Shown piece by piece: positions 1-14,800 of a stretch of DNA of 64,000 nt (within the stretch, counting starts at the first letter, position 1; every line of letters starts with the position of its first letter). Source of the stretch: Callorhinchus milii (lineage: Eukaryota); the NCBI RefSeq assembly GCF_018977255.1, contig NW_024704761.1, forward strand, positions 5,394,001 to 5,458,000, given 5' to 3'. The position numbers and the translations under genes are program-made. The notes beneath the pieces are model-generated. The model was not told where the DNA came from, did no database searches, and worked only from the letters and a program-made list of their open reading frames with translations.

Positions 1-1890
1 GCCAATGAAAAAAAAACAAATACATATCCCATAAGACAACTGCCTGGTGCCTGATTATTGGGCAGAGCGCCCCTTGTGGCTGCTGTGGGAACAGGTCCTG
101 CCACAAATAATTATATCTGCCACACTCCAGGCAGGACTGGGGCAGAGTGAAGCAGTCACAGTCACAAAAGAAAGGTGGAGGGGTGCGTTGGAAGTCCTCG
201 GATCCCCAAAGGTAAGAGCTGCACTCACTTTGCATAAACTTTTTGGGTTCTACTCCCCTTCTCCCTCTCCCCCACAGGAGGGTTCGAACCCCCCCACCAC
301 CACCACCACCACTTGTGTCCCTGACTCTGCATTAACATGGGAGCAGTGCTGGCAGCTGGTGATAAAAGAAAGTTAACAAAACTTTTTTTAAGGCAGGGAT
401 CGAGAACTTGTGCAGAGTTTGTGGGGGGGGAAGGAAGGAAAAAATCGCAGACTGACTTAGAAACAAGTTCTCAAGGTTACTTTGCCTTCCAGGCAATCTT
501 TAGCTCCAGAGAGGGAATCTGTTCTGCTCTCAAAGAAACTAAATGTTAGCCTGAGAACTTTTGTGAGACATTCCTTTTCAAGCTCAAGTGCTGGGCAGAT
601 GGGTGCAAAAGTCATCAAACTATGGTTTCAGATTCCAAACCTTCTTTCAAGCTGTGTTTGAATGCATAAAATGTTCATTTTACTCCCTCCCCAACACCAC
701 CTTCACCTCCCTGGGAAGGGAAGGGATTTTGGTGACTCTTCTGTTTTATTTTTTAAAAATTGTAAAAGAGATGTGATCTGCTGGGTCCCTTTGCACTGGT
801 ATTACTGCAAAAAAAAATGGGAGTGTGTGGTGTAAGAACGAGTGAAGGCAGAAGTTGATAGTATTGTATGGTACAGGAAGATATTGCAAACAACATTTAA
901 AAGGAAATGGTTGCCTGTAACTTCTTGTGAATCAGCCCAAATGTTGCGGTGAATTGTTCCTTAGCTAGTGACGATAATAATAGTTCTTGCATTTGATCTG
1001 GCGCCTTATCACGTGTTCGTGACGTCTCTTCTGTCCTTCCGCTTTGCCCCCTTCCTTCCCAATCTTCAGGACACACCTGAAGACCTTCCTATTCGACCAT
1101 GTCTGTGGTCACCTCCCATTGTGCTCCACCACTATCGAGCGTTCTTGGCTGCTCCCTGCGCGAGGGGAGCTGTATAAATGCAAGCTGTCGCCTCAGAGCG
1201 CTTCACAGAATACCCTGTAAAGTGAGTAGACTGTATATTGTGTAGGAGAAAAGCGGCCGCCAATTGCGCACGGCAGTGACTCGCGTACCATCGTGGATTG
1301 AGTGGCCAAATGATCATTATTAGTTTTGATTTATTTGTTGATCACAGCGTTCCTGGGATGGGGTGAGGAGGTGAGTCCAGGCAAGATTCCCATTATTCCC
1401 TCTCGCATTCATCTCAAGTATTTTGTTCTAGTTCCATAGTCCCTTCAATAAATGTTTTAATGTAACAATAGAAAGAGAAAACAATGCACATAGAAGTTTA
1501 CCCGGTGTCAGAGATTGGCCTCGCTGGTAATATTTGAAGATATCTAGGAAACAAAATGTTGGGGTAACTTTGTGGAACAGTTGTCCGACGTTAATATGTA
1601 ATTTAATAAGCATAATAATTAATATGTAATTTAATAAGTGCTTTGGAACGCTACCTTGTGTGAGGGCTGCTATATATAAATGCAAGTTGTTGTGGTGGTT
1701 GTTGTCATCTCAATGTGTTTCACAGAATTGTAGTGCTTCAGCCCAGTCCAACAGAATATATCGCAGTAACAATCAGGTGATCTACATTAGATAGTTATTT
1801 TGAAATAATCTTACCCCAGGGTTTCCCCTGTGGATTATTTGGCAAATTTCACTGCACGATGTGAGACTGAGCGTGGCAAACTAAGAAGAT

Positions 1891-2195
1891 CCTGTAGCTC
1901 AGTGGTTAGAGCACTCGCTTTGCAAGTGAGAGACCTGAGTTCAATTCCAGGCAGAGGGCGAAACCTTGGGCAAGTTTCCTTACTCCACACAGAGCCTAAT
2001 AATAATCCCTCCAAAACCAAAAACAATAATAAATTGGTCATTTTCAATCCACGACGGTTTGTGGGACGTCGCTGTGCGCAATCGGCTGCCGCGTTCGCCC
2101 ACAAATATACAGTCCATTCACTTTACAGTGTGTCCTGTGAAGCGCTTTGGGACGTCCTCCCGACGCGAAAAGCGCTATATCAAATGCAAGGATTG
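1891..2195 (+). mobile_element. tRNA-derived SINE, near full length
   Basis: tRNA-like head with A box (TAGCTCAGTGG) and B box (GAGTTCAATTCC), then a body and 3' end (gaagcgctttgggacgtcctcccgacg.gaaaagcgctatatcaaatgcaaggatt) repeated many times in the window. Confidence 0.85.
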
Positions 2196-2970
2196 TTAAG
2201 GGGAGCCAATGAAAAAAAAACAAATACATATCCCATAAGACAACTGCCTGGTGCCTGATTATTGGCTGAATACTGTATTCTTATTGAAATAAAAAGATTG
2301 TTGAGCCAGTTTAAGATGATATCTATTCGGAAGTATTTCCTGCCTTAAAAATAGAGTGTATTTATTTGTGGGTTATGTACTGAGGGACTGGAGAGCCCAG
2401 CCATACCCTAAAACCTCCTCTTACTCCCCTTCCCCAGTCTGTAATTAACAGGCTTTGCAACGCCACACTTTCTGCTCTGAAGGAGTGGTAATAAACAGTA
2501 CAGCTGACCTGAAGCTGACTCGCTTCATGCATTTTTTCTCCCCAGCTGAGAAACAGATGTGAAGTCAACAGATCGCTGTAACAAAACAAGAAAAAGAACT
2601 GAATCAACCCACTAAGATGTTACATTAGTTACTGTATATTAAAACCACATTGTTGGGGAAAAAATCCAAAATATAGTCAGTTCAGCTGACTGGTCCATTG
2701 TGTCAGACGATCCCCCAGAGAGCTTTTGCTCATAAAATCAAAACTTGGATTGAGACTTAGATTGCTGCTACACTCAATCTGAGATCCATTGTAGCCTTCA
2801 ATAATATGACTTATAATTCTGCAGAGTGCTGAGGGGAGCCCTTCCTATAAGCATTGGCTTTTGGGATTGGTGAAGCAATCAACAGAACATTAATGTGTTC
2901 TGTTTACGTTATTGTCTTTGCCTTTGAAGACCTTCTATTTGTAATATATGTATCATTGACACGCACTGGT

Positions 2971-3380
2971 TCAAGATTCGACTTCAAGATCCTCACCCTC
3001 GTATTCAAGTCCCTGCGCTCCTCTGCACCCCCCGACCTCTCTGACCTCTTCTCTCCTCAAAACACCACCCGTTGCCTTCGTTCCTCCGGGTCTGGCCTCC
3101 TCCTCGTCCTCCGAGTCCTCCGCTCCACCCTCGGCGGCCGTGCCTTCAGCCACTATGCCCCGAGGCTCTGGAACTGCCTTCCTCACTCCCTTCGTCTCGC
3201 TCCCTCAATTCCCATTTTCAGGTCTCTGCTGAAGACCTTTCTTTTCGACCGCACCTTTGGTCACCTTCCCTCCCCTCCCACCCCGGCTCGGCCCCGGGAT
3301 CCTAAACTGTAAAGCACTCTGAGACGCTGTCCCGCATGGAGGGCGCTATTATAAATCCAAGTTGTTGTTGTTGTTGTTGG
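2971..3380 (+). mobile_element. L2 LINE 3' fragment
   Basis: Translates as RFDFKILTLVFKSL..APP.LSDL...LRSSGSGLL...STLGGRAFSHYAPRLWN.LP..LR, the C-terminus of L2 ORF2; ends in a (GTT)n tail. Confidence 0.85.
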
Positions 3381-6300
3381 TTTCATTCCTGTTTGGAATG
3401 GTGGGCCTTCCTTCCAACATAAACTATTATATTGTTATGAAGTTTTATTGCTGTAACTTGGTAGGTAAAACCAACGAAAATAATAATAATCCTTGCTTTT
3501 GATACAGCACCTTATTGCGTCATCGAGGCATCTCAAAGCGCTTCACAGAATATACTGGAAAGTAGATTGACTGTATATTTTGTGGGCGAATACATGGAAT
3601 GGATTATGTTTATGACAAATCTGTCCATTTGTTTCGATCAATTAAACTTGATGAGATCTAATTGGTGACTGTGATTTTAAAGTATGTAATTTGAGCAAGA
3701 AGGGAATAGTTTAAAAAGCTGAGTACAATAAGCATAATAATAATTTTTAGTTTGACATTGCGCCTTTCATCTCAGGAAGAAATCTCAAAGCCCTTCATAG
3801 GATTTATTGCAAATGTAGTTACTGTATATTTTGAAGGTTAATGTGGCAGCCAATTTGTGACCAGTAATGTCTCATAAACAGCCATGAAACAAATGCCAAT
3901 TTTATCTGGGGGATTGTTGGCCAGAATATCAGGAGAAGCTCCCTCTTATTCCAATAATGCCATGGTGTCTTTAACGTCCACCTGAATAAGTGGACAGGAC
4001 CTTGGGTTTAACGTCTCAGTTGAAGGATGTTGCATCTGTCAGCACTGTATTGGAGTGTCAGCTGAGGTGGTGTTCCAATTCCCAGCGTGGGGTTCGAACC
4101 CGTAACTTTCTGACTCAGAGGCGATAGTACTACCAACCTAGCCAGGCTGACACCTAAGTACAGGTGCAAGAGAAATCAAGAATATGTGGGGTTTTCATTT
4201 CCATTTGCATTGCAAACATGTCAAATAAATTAAGTGAATAGTAAGTAGGGTAAACATATTGGAACAATTGTAGGCAAAAAGTCTGAGCTTTCAGAAAAGA
4301 CGTGTGGGAGGGTGGGAGAGATGTCTGTTTAGTTGCTGTGACGTGTTTTCCACAGATGAAGAAATACGCTTTATTTTCATTCTTGGGAAATAGCGGCTGT
4401 GTGTAACTTAACTGCACACAGATGTTAAAGGCAGCGTAAACGCTCTGAGACACTGCCCTGCTTGAGGGGCAATATATAAATGCAAGTTACTGTTGTTGTA
4501 AGAAAGATATTGCAAGGAAAGGTTTGAAAGAACCTTGCATGTAACTTCTCGTCAATCTGCACAAACTCTGCAGTAGCAGGTGGCAAATGTGCAAGAAGAG
4601 TGTGTCTTTATCAGGTCTCATCTTTTTTTGGTCAGCCTGGTGGCTTGACACATGCAGAAACCTATAACTATGCTTGAGAGTATCCAAACCAAGCTGAGCT
4701 CCAGATCTCACTTTTGAGTCAGATAAGCAGATGAATGCAGAGTGAATAATAATAATAATGATAATAATAATAATAATCCTTGCATTTGATATAGGGCCTT
4801 ATCACGTCTTGGAAATGTCTCATCGCACTTCACAGAATATACTGAAAAGTGAATTGATTGTGTATTTTATAGGCAAAAGTGAAGGAGTAAGACGGCTTTT
4901 CATGCACGTTGACGTATCGGCATTAAGTACAATGGAGAATGTTGGTTGAGTTGAGCGATGGATTGGTGCAAGTTATAGCATCCTGTGGAAAAACAACAGT
5001 GTTCCCATGAAGCAGGAATTAGGAAGACATAAATGGAAATGCAAATTAAGCTTGCCAGAAACTTGGGTGGGTTCAGGGAAATCAGTATGCAAAGTCCTTG
5101 GGGATGTGTGGGGAGATGGCTTGATTGTGATCTCAGTGATCTGCATTTTACGCAGCATTTTTTTTTCCTTTTGTAATGGTTGGATGTTCGGGGCAAGTCT
5201 AAACCATATGGAAAATGGGTCCCTCCGCACCTCCATTGCTTCCCCATTTGAGCCTTGAAATTTCCATTAACACACAGAAGAAAGTCTGCAGGAACCCAAA
5301 GTTGGTATTTTTGTTTTTAACACAAAGTGTGATTTTAAACATGGCAAATGTACAAGACGAGGTGGGTCGCTGTTGGATCTCATGATCTTCATTCATGAGT
5401 CATGTAAGCAATGTGTGCAGAATGAAGGGGGAAGGCAGCTTTTCCTGCAGAAACAAAAGCAATAAATTACACTTTTTACAGCTCCTTTCATGTCGGGAGG
5501 ACATCCCCAAATTACAGCCACATGATCTAATATATTTCATTAATCGCTTAATATGTGATCTTTATTTTAAAGTTAATACTGACTTTCTTTAGGCCATCAC
5601 TGATTTGGGCAAGTATAAATATTTTTTATGGCTGGGAAAATGCTCCCTTATTGCTTGAAGGAATAAGATATTCCACTGCCTCTTGCCGTCGGGCATCTGC
5701 TATTATGTTAGTGGTGAGTGAGGCAGGTTGGAACAGCATTACCCAGTAGCAGTAATGTTCAAAAGGAGCGCTGAGGAAATGAGTCTTTTGGTTCTTTAAT
5801 ATTTTTCACAAGTTATGGCTTGTGTGAAGATACAACAGCTTTTTTTTTGGGGGGGAAACAAAAATTAATTGACAAAAGATATTTTTAAAATTGTAAGTGC
5901 TGTACAATACCTTGTCATTTAAAGTGCGACAGTTTCTGTTATTTTTTTTGATACTGCAGTTGTAGTCCTTACAAACTGAGTGAAGAGGAAGCAGTAAGTA
6001 TACTTGTGGGGAACGATACACATAGTCCACACTCCGCAACTAAGAACAAGTAAACTTATTGGCGTGTTGTCTCTTAGTTTGATGCAGTGTTAATTGTATG
6101 GCAGTACGATCAGAGAGGATCATTGAAACAGAATCCATTGAGTAGAGCTTTCCAGCTACACTTTCAGTCTTGGCTTGTATCAGCTGGTTTTGTTCAAGCC
6201 TCCCCCTCCCCCAACTCTTTTCTGTCCCACTCCCCCACCTCAGTCTCCCAGACTGCTTGTTTGAGACTCAACCACTTTGACATGGCCTCTCGACATGAAA

Positions 6301-9300
6301 GGCGCTCCGCAAATGTAAATTGTCATTGTTGTATCATCCCTTTGATGAGGGAGGGTGGAATGTTTCTTAGGCTCATTCGAGACATAGATACAAATGGAAA
6401 AGTTGGACAAAATGCTTTTCAGAAGCACTGCCGTCTTATCTGCGGAGATGTCTATAGTTTGAGCCCCTCCACCCCCACGCCCCCCCCCTTCAGGCTTGTT
6501 GAGCATAGAATCATAGAATTGTACAGCACAAAAAGAGGCCATTCGGCCCATCGAGATTGTGCCGGCTCTTTGAAGAGAGCAATTAATGTCAATCCCATTC
6601 CCCAGCCCTTTCCCCATAACCCTGCAAACCCGTCCTCCTCAAATACCCGTCCACCGCATTTTTAAAAGTAGACAGGAGATTAAAAAAAAAGGAAAAGTGC
6701 AGACTATTCACTTTTAGGCCAATCTAGAAGCTTGTAATAATATCATTGCTAGCTGCATGGTGGTGTTGACCTACTTTCAAGCCATCATTTCGATCTGCAA
6801 GTTTAATACAAAATATTTTTGTTTTTTGTGAGTTTGCTTTATTTTCACAAGTGTAACCTTGTATCACCGAATGTAACACTGTATGCTGATTTTCATGCAA
6901 AGGTTTCCAAAAAGCTTCAATTTAGAACATTGAATCTTTCTTTCAATGTTTTGTGAAGGTCCACATTGAATGTTCTCTTTGGTGTGAATGGTTATCGCAG
7001 AATGGAAAGATAACAGATAAACCTCAAACCTATTTTTTCAAACAAACCCGTATCTGGAGAACGTCGTTTTCAGCTTCATAAAGAGGCTGTGATCTCAGTA
7101 ATGAAACAGTGCAAACAGTTCATGGTCAGTTTTAGGTTCACAGTTTTTTTTATAGGTCTACTTTTAGGTTCTTTTTTGCGCAATAAGTAGATGCAGTGTG
7201 TCTGAAAAGACCCGTTTTGACAATATTTATAGCCCAGGCTGACACTCGAGTGCAGAGCTGGTGGGTGAGGGGAACACTGTATTGTCACAGATGCCATTCT
7301 GTAGTTGAAACGTTAAACTGAAATCCCATTTGCCTGTTCAGTTGGACTTCAAAGATCCCATGAACAATTTTCGAAAAGAGAAGGGAGTTTCAGGTCAATA
7401 ACCTTTCGCCAGTTCTAACGATAGTTCATCGACCTGAAACATTAACTCACTTGCCTCTCCCATAGATGCTGCTTGACCTTCTGGGTGTTTCCGACGACTT
7501 CTGTTTTTATTTCAGATTTCCAGTAACTGCAGTATTTTGCCTGTTTTAAAAAATATTTACAGTCTGATCGATACCATACGTGTCTGCCTATATGAGTTGT
7601 CATCAATGACTCAAAACTAACATGTTGTCTACAGTGATTGACCTAATATTATTTCCTTGTTTATTGTTTAATCTTGTTTTCTAAACTTCCACAAGTAACA
7701 AAAAGTTTGCTAATTTTTTGATTCATGAAGTTACTGGTTGTGGAAAGTTCTGTACAGTAAATATTTGGAGGTGATGAGTATTGCCGCCTTGCGAAATATT
7801 GTTTATATGACCGTGATTTTCAACTCTGCAATGCCAAATAGCCCAAGTAACTTAGGAATTCTCCTAAGAGGAATCTGAAATCTGATGCTTTAACAATTGA
7901 TGCGTGGGAGCCAATAAAACATTTGAAATCAGCTTCACTTTATTGAGTGCTACAGTAACATTTGTGAACCATTAGCAGAAATGCAAAGCCTATTTTGGAA
8001 AGTAATCTCAAATGTTTTGTTGTTCTGAGAGAAAACGTTCAAAATCCAAGTTGTTCCGCCAGCGTAGACGCCTTCAAGTCATTAATATTTTATCAACGTT
8101 TCACCCACAAAATATCATCAATCCATTTTACAGCATATTCTGTGAAGCAATTTGAGATGCCTCAAAAGCACTATATCAAAAGTTCAGTGAGCCACTGAAA
8201 GTCGGTGTTAATGTCAGAACTGAAGAATGTTAGAAATGAGCTCTGTGGAATATGGGCACTGGGGGGAGGGGGGGCGGTGGGGCGAGTGTGTTTCATTGTT
8301 TGGCGGAGGCAGCTCGTGTGTCCGGACATAAATACTGCTGTATGGAGGAAGGGAAGATTCCCAACCCGGTTTGTGGAATGTCTCGCCTCGATTGCTTGTT
8401 TCTAGGGAGAGTTGCAATTGAAACACTTGTCAACATCAATTAGAGACCAAATCCTTTGCAGAGTAGAATTCGAAAGGTCTGCTCTTAAGATATTCAGCAC
8501 CATTTCCCCTCCCCCCTCCCCCACGCGCCCCCACCACCATAGCCAATGTCAGCTCATGTCCTGCAAAATCCCACCCATAGTCTGTGGTCACTGCTCCATG
8601 CACTGATGTCTGCATGTTTTGTGACTGCTGTGGCAGCTTCCTGCTGTGCGATGCAATGATGTGTTCTTTGGAAATGCAGGTAGTGAGATACTATCCCTGT
8701 CATGTTGTGTGACTCATAACTATACTATTGTGAAAATTCCTGGTACATGCACACACACACACACACACACACGAACTTCAGCACATATGATTGTGTTAGA
8801 ATTCTGGTGCAAAAATTTGCAATTTTTACTTGTTTCTTCCTCCCAGAAAAATAAACGGGAAATGTTTACAGAAAACTACGTTCTTGAAGAAACCAGTTTT
8901 ACTGCCCTAATGGGGAAGAACCTCGGTGAATAATAAACATAAATAGCTTATTTGTTTCAGCAACTCCGTCCTGTTTGGGAGCAGGCATGTCAGGAGCTGT
9001 CTGCTTATCTGTTTGGTGTTTGTCCACATGCTTTTGCTGGGTGTGTGCATGTAGAGAGGTCATTCACCCACTCTCTGCTTCACATCCCAAGTTCTGTTCT
9101 TGCTCGTCATTTGTACTTTTTATTAAAGAAGAAAATCTGCCGCTTTATCGCTCAGAGGCTGCACTTCAGAAATGTACCTTACGTGTGCTGACAACTTGTC
9201 TGTAGGCACATTACTGAACTATGTGATTAGAGTAGATTAGGCATGAAATTGTCTTAATTTTTTGTATTATTGCACAATACACATTGCTTGTAAATGATTC

Positions 9301-10789
9301 ATTCTTTCCCCACATTGGACATGACTGTGTGTAGACTGTATGGAACATAACATTCTTTTAATATAGATTTCATTGTAAAAGTCCTGGGAACTGGAAAATG
9401 TGGTTTCAGTTGCATTGAGATGCACAACTCAGTAGTGTTTAAAGGTCTGTCAGACTGGATTTGGGTTTTAAACCCCAGAAACATTGACAGAAACCATGTA
9501 ACATTTGTGATCCAGACATGGTAATTGGCATCTTCCCAGCTGCAGGGGGAAGACCATCAGCTGGAGATGGCAATGAGGAATACACATGTTTTTACGTTTC
9601 TTTCATAAAGAAACATACTCGTCAATTGGCAAAATCATTGAACATCCAAATGCCATTGGCGTAATTCAACAGCTCTTATCAGTTAACAGTTAAGTTATTC
9701 TCAAAGGCCTGACTTGGAGGTTACTGTAGAAATGGCTGATGGAATTGTATGACAACATGCACGGCAGAAGAGGAGTTTCTTTGAGGGACGGGCTGGCAGG
9801 TGAACCTAAAAAAATGAGCAGTCTCTCTGACCCAACGTCACCTCCCCATGTAGCTCTCTGGGCAAGATTGGTGTGAAGGGAACATGCAGCAATTTTCCTC
9901 ACCAGTTTTGACAAGTTTGCCCATTCTCAACGTAGCTATTTTGAGGAACTGTTTTTACAAGCAGTGGTTGAAGACCATCTGATAATTAATGACAAGCAGA
10001 AGGCCGCTGTGGTGCCTTTTAAACAACATGTGATTATTGAGGCCAGAGTTTGGTGTACAGCTGAGCATCGAGGCTTTGGAAAAACAACAGCCATCGGTGG
10101 TTAATAACCACAATAACAAGGAACACTTGCTGTATCTTTCTGTCAGCCTGCCGTGTTCTCTCACTGTTCAATCTTCCTTCCCTGCCCACAGTCTGAAACA
10201 TTTGTGGTCTGCAGTTCTGTTTGTTGCACGAGGTTCTTTATCTTATTGTCGCTGCTGCAAATTAGGGCAGAGGAAAATGCACTCCAGTGACATATTTGGT
10301 GACTCGAAATGAGAAGTTACGAAAACAAAGATTGTGAAGGTTATATTGGTGAGCGTATCATATCTGCACATTTCCCACAATCTCAGTAAGTTTCTTAAGT
10401 AACATCCAGAGGTTTACGTGTCTCTGTTAGCTCTCGAATGCATGATTTACGCACTGGGCTGTAAGTTAACAGGTATGGGCAGAATGAGGCACAAAACGGA
10501 AAGGTGCAATGAATGAAGTCATTCAATGAAGTCACAGACAACCTTTCACAGTGGGTTAAGGCTCGGGAGGAGCTGCTATCTGAACAATAGGAGCGGAGGA
10601 CACTAGAATTAAAATAACGGTAACTTTGCAGCCAGACTTTTATTTGGTTATTTAGGTGGCGGGCTGCTCAGGTAAAGCCCCCGCTAAGTATTTGCATTTT
10701 CCTTTCCTTTGTGAATTGATTAACCGTTGCTTCTTCTCGCAGCACAGGATTGGTTGCAGGCCAGGTTTATATTGTGCGGCAGAGACATT

Positions 10790-11150
10790 TATCGGTTTCA
10801 AGATCCTCGAAGTCATCTTCAAATCCCTTCATGCCCTGGCACCTCCCTACCTCTCCGACCTGCTTACTCTTCAACCCACTACCCGCTGCGTCCAGCCTCC
10901 TGCATGTCCCTCATGCCCTCCTTTCCACCATCGGTGGCCGCACTTTCAGCCACCATGGCCCGAAACTCTGGAACACTCTTCCTCTATCCCTCCGCCTTGC
11001 CCCTTCCTTGCCCATCTTCAAGTACTGCCTGAAGACCTTCCCCTTCGACCGCACCTCTCCCCGGCTCGGCATCGGGCTCCGCCACTGTCAAGTGCTCTGG
11101 GATGCTACCCTGCCAGAGGGGTTGCTATGTAAATGTAAATTGTTGTTATA
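10790..11150 (+). mobile_element. L2 LINE 3' fragment
   Basis: FKIL..IFKSLHALAPPYLSDLL and TIGGRTFSHHGPKLWNTLP in shifted frames. Confidence 0.8.
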
Positions 11151-11896
11151 GTGGAAGAGGGCTGCTCTTATGCAAACCCCTTCCAAACTAAGCAGGTTTG
11201 GTCTCTTTATCCGGTGTAATGAAGAAACAAACTATGGTCCCATTTTATGCCACACTTTAGAAAATTGTTTTTAATTGGTAACATTCAAACACTCTTATTT
11301 ACAGTGCTCAAAGCCCTATTAAGCCCCATTAGTGCCAAATCCCTGAGTGTCCACGCCTTGTGACGTCCTCCCGACGCTATATAAATGTAATTTTGTATTG
11401 TATTTTGTATTCATTTCGTAAGCCGTATGTTGTTATGCAAGTATGAAACAATTATCTCGTCTAATCTTGAGTTTGATGAACTAACAGCTTGCAACTCGCT
11501 GGCTTCAAGTTTCTTACCAGTTTCTATTCCCTTTTCTACGTGGACGTTTTGGTTTGTTGGAAGCAGTCTCATTTTGTTCCAGTTCCGCTATTTATCCCTA
11601 TAACAAAACATATGGTTATTAATTTCCACAATAGTTTGTCTGTGGCGATCTTTAGGCATGAATGCACTCTTCCACAATTCTGCGGATTGTTAAATTTTAA
11701 GATCTTTACGAAATAAAAAAACATTTGTTTGACTGGTGCTGTTTAAAACCTCAAGCCCCTTTTCACATCAACTTTATTCAGGAAGAAGCAGCTATGAACT
11801 GGATTATTGGAGACAACGACAGAAACTGAACTACTGAGGCAGTGCGACTGCTCTAAATATCTACCGTGTTCACAGCTGAAAAGATCTTCACGCAGG

Positions 11897-14800
11897 ATGT
11901 CACGTCATGTGAGCTTCAATCCAGATGTTCCAGGGTGTAGGTGAGGCAATTTGTCCTTGCAGTGAATCACTTCCTGTTTCTATGAGACATTGCGGGTTTC
12001 TAAACCGACTCTTAGAACAGGTAATCAAATCCAATTTCAACCGTTTTTTTAAAAAAATTACAAATAGGTCAATGTGAGACCTGTCACAAGTTACCTGAGA
12101 ACCAAATTCACCGCAAAGAACAGCTTTTGGGACTTTCTATAAAACTATATGTTCAATGAATAATGAATCTATAAAAAACGGTCAGTTGTTGGTTTCGAAG
12201 AACAGCTGAGCTCTTGATCGACACGGAAAAGGAATTAACATGCTCAAGGGAAATGGTCTTCTTTCCCAGTCTTCGCAACGAATTTACTTGTTTGACAATA
12301 AATTATTCAAATTATTCTGTAAGCTCTGTGATGCAGGTTTAAATAGTGTGACGACAGGTGCTTGAGATTTTATTTGTTTCAAAGAAAAAATGGAAACTAA
12401 AAGCTTTTGTGTCTTGAGCATACAGTGTGCAACTTTTCTAAAAAAAAAATACTCTTCAAATTCCAGCGCCTCCAAACTTTCTTCTTCGGACGCTGAAGAG
12501 ATTATGATGCACGAATCATTCCATCATCTCAGGGATCAGCAGAGCGGTGCTTTTGTGACTGAGGTTGAGATGGAGCAGCTGGGAGACACGAGAACAAGTA
12601 AGAAGGTTCAGAATTTCTCAGCCTCTCTGCATGCATCGCACTCGGCCTCACAGCAAAATAAAAAAATCAATGCAGGAAAGATTAACTTGCTGGTAAGGTA
12701 AAGGTAACAACAGACCAGACTGAACTGCCACTAGTGTTATGGCTGGCCGTATTTTTAAATCTTAGAAAATGAGCGCTGTGATACATTATGAATTACCTTT
12801 TCATTTGATATAGTGTCAATCACGTCAAAATGCCTCTTAAACACTTCACAGATAATGGTTATCAAGTGACCATGCATTTATTGGCAAAAGAACTGATTTG
12901 CACACAGCTGACCCCAAAGGTATCCATGTGCAAGAGGATTGTTGGCTAAAACACTGGAAAAAACACCGATCGCTTTTCAAATAGTGTCATATGATCCTTA
13001 ATATCCTTAAAATCAGCGCCTTGTGAAAGCCTCCCAACATGAAAGGCATTGTACAAATGTAATTTGTACATCTGTACAATGCCTTTCATGTCAGGAGGCC
13101 ATCCCAAGGAGGGAGACACTGTAATTTGTACCATGTCATTTGTACAATGTAAATTGTATAATAGCCTCTACTACCCCGACCTCAACCCCCAACCCCCAGC
13201 TCGGGTTCAAATCCCTGACTGTCCAGCACCTTGGAAACGTTCTCCCAACGTGAAAATGTTGCTATACAAATGTAATTTGTTGTTGTGGTTGTTAATATCC
13301 ACCTGAACAAACAGACGAAACTTTGGTTTAATGTCTCGCCCAAGAGATGTTACGTCCCAACAAATGAAGCATTTTCTCTGGTGCTCCCCCAGCCACACAG
13401 GACTGGAGTGTAAATCTGCCCATGAGATCAAAGTCCTAACTTGGGCCTTGAGCCCACAACCTTGCGATCCAGAGGCGAGAGTGCTGCAAATTGAGCCAGG
13501 AAAACAATGCCTGATATTTTAAAGACTGAAAATAACCCTTTGTTGGTTTGTCCGTTAAGTTTCATTAAATCACGTTTAATTTTCTGGTAGAAAAAGCAAG
13601 GCTTGTGTTTTGTAATGTGAACAATTTTTGTCTTTTTTGTTCAGAGGAGTTAGTGTGTTTTCTGTCACCTAATCGTAAAGGGACAGAAGGTGAGGACCTT
13701 TATGAGTGCTATGATGCTGCAACCTTGAAGGTGCTCTCCTCCATGCCCAGCAGAACTATTGGTGAGTTTGTTAACTTACACGTTTATTTAAAGGGCTTTG
13801 TTGTACTGCAATCTCATTTTATTGTATAGTTATCTCGTTATTAACTAATCGCAGTACATACAAACCTCACACCCGCGGAAGGTACCCAGTGCGTACCTTA
13901 TGATAGAAAGAGTAAGTGATTTTAACATCTGTCCAATCATGACAGAATCACAGATAGTGATAAATCAGGCTGGAGTATTAAATTGCTATTTTTAAGCTGT
14001 TTGACTCGGGCCATCCAAGTTTTAACAAGTTCAACTGTGAATAGATGTCACCCAGTTCATTCAGTGTTGATCCATTGCATGCGTATCAAATGCTATATCA
14101 AATTTAAGGATTATTATTATTATTATACTGCTGGAAGCTAAAGTAAGCCAAACCATTAGGTGAACATTGGGCATCACTTTTACAGGTCGTTCCAGAGGCG
14201 CAATCATCTCTGAATACTGCAACCGCACGTTGAAACTACGGAAGCGTAAGACTCGGCCTTCTGTGAAGGAAATTTCTCGGTCTATGAGGCCAAGCATTCG
14301 GGACCAGTCTGCTTTGGATGACAGACATGAAGAGGAGGCAGGCAAGTGTTGGATCAAAAGAACAAATGCTTATTGAAATGAAACGAGAAAAGTAACTGTA
14401 AAATATCTTATTGCATTCGGAATCCGGAACCAATACCATGAGGAAGGGATTTACTTTTTAGGAACTGTGGGATTCGATGGCCAGCTATCAGTTTTGTTAC
14501 CTGTTCGAATGGTGTGAGATTTTGGGGCAACAAAATTTCAGTTCCCAACGAATTTTTAAAACGATTCCAGACGTGAAGCGAATTAATTAACAATCACAGC
14601 TCTGAATATTTAAGTCCTTTACTTTTTTTTTAAACAGATAAAGTAGGTGCATTTTCTGGATGTTCTTACCTCGGACAGTTTTTTTTTGTTAACCTTTTGC
14701 TTTGTGAATATTCAATGCTTTTTAATGCCAGAAAGAGCAAACTTTTGGAATGTAAATGCGTTTCTCTTCTTTTGGGTTAGTAGTGGCGTTAATCACTGTT

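Noticed and set aside
1891-1965. tRNA-like sequences (also at about 17730-17785, 31682-31745, 37327-37380, 43855-43920)
   Set aside because: They are SINE heads: each continues into the shared SINE body and lacks a proper acceptor stem and terminator.
1830-2258. Recurrent ORFs such as [19 protein letters not shown] / [11 protein letters not shown] found many times in the ORF track
   Set aside because: Chance translations of SINE copies, not a protein family.
1430-2580. Possible small + strand exons (about 1432-1526, 1727-1777, 2546-2581)
   Set aside because: Splice-like signals are present, but I could not build a consistent frame across all three or recognise a product; they may be non-coding or spurious.
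6087-6665. 192-aa ORF
   Set aside because: A patchwork of L2 tail and CR1 3' end fragments with no coherent protein signal.
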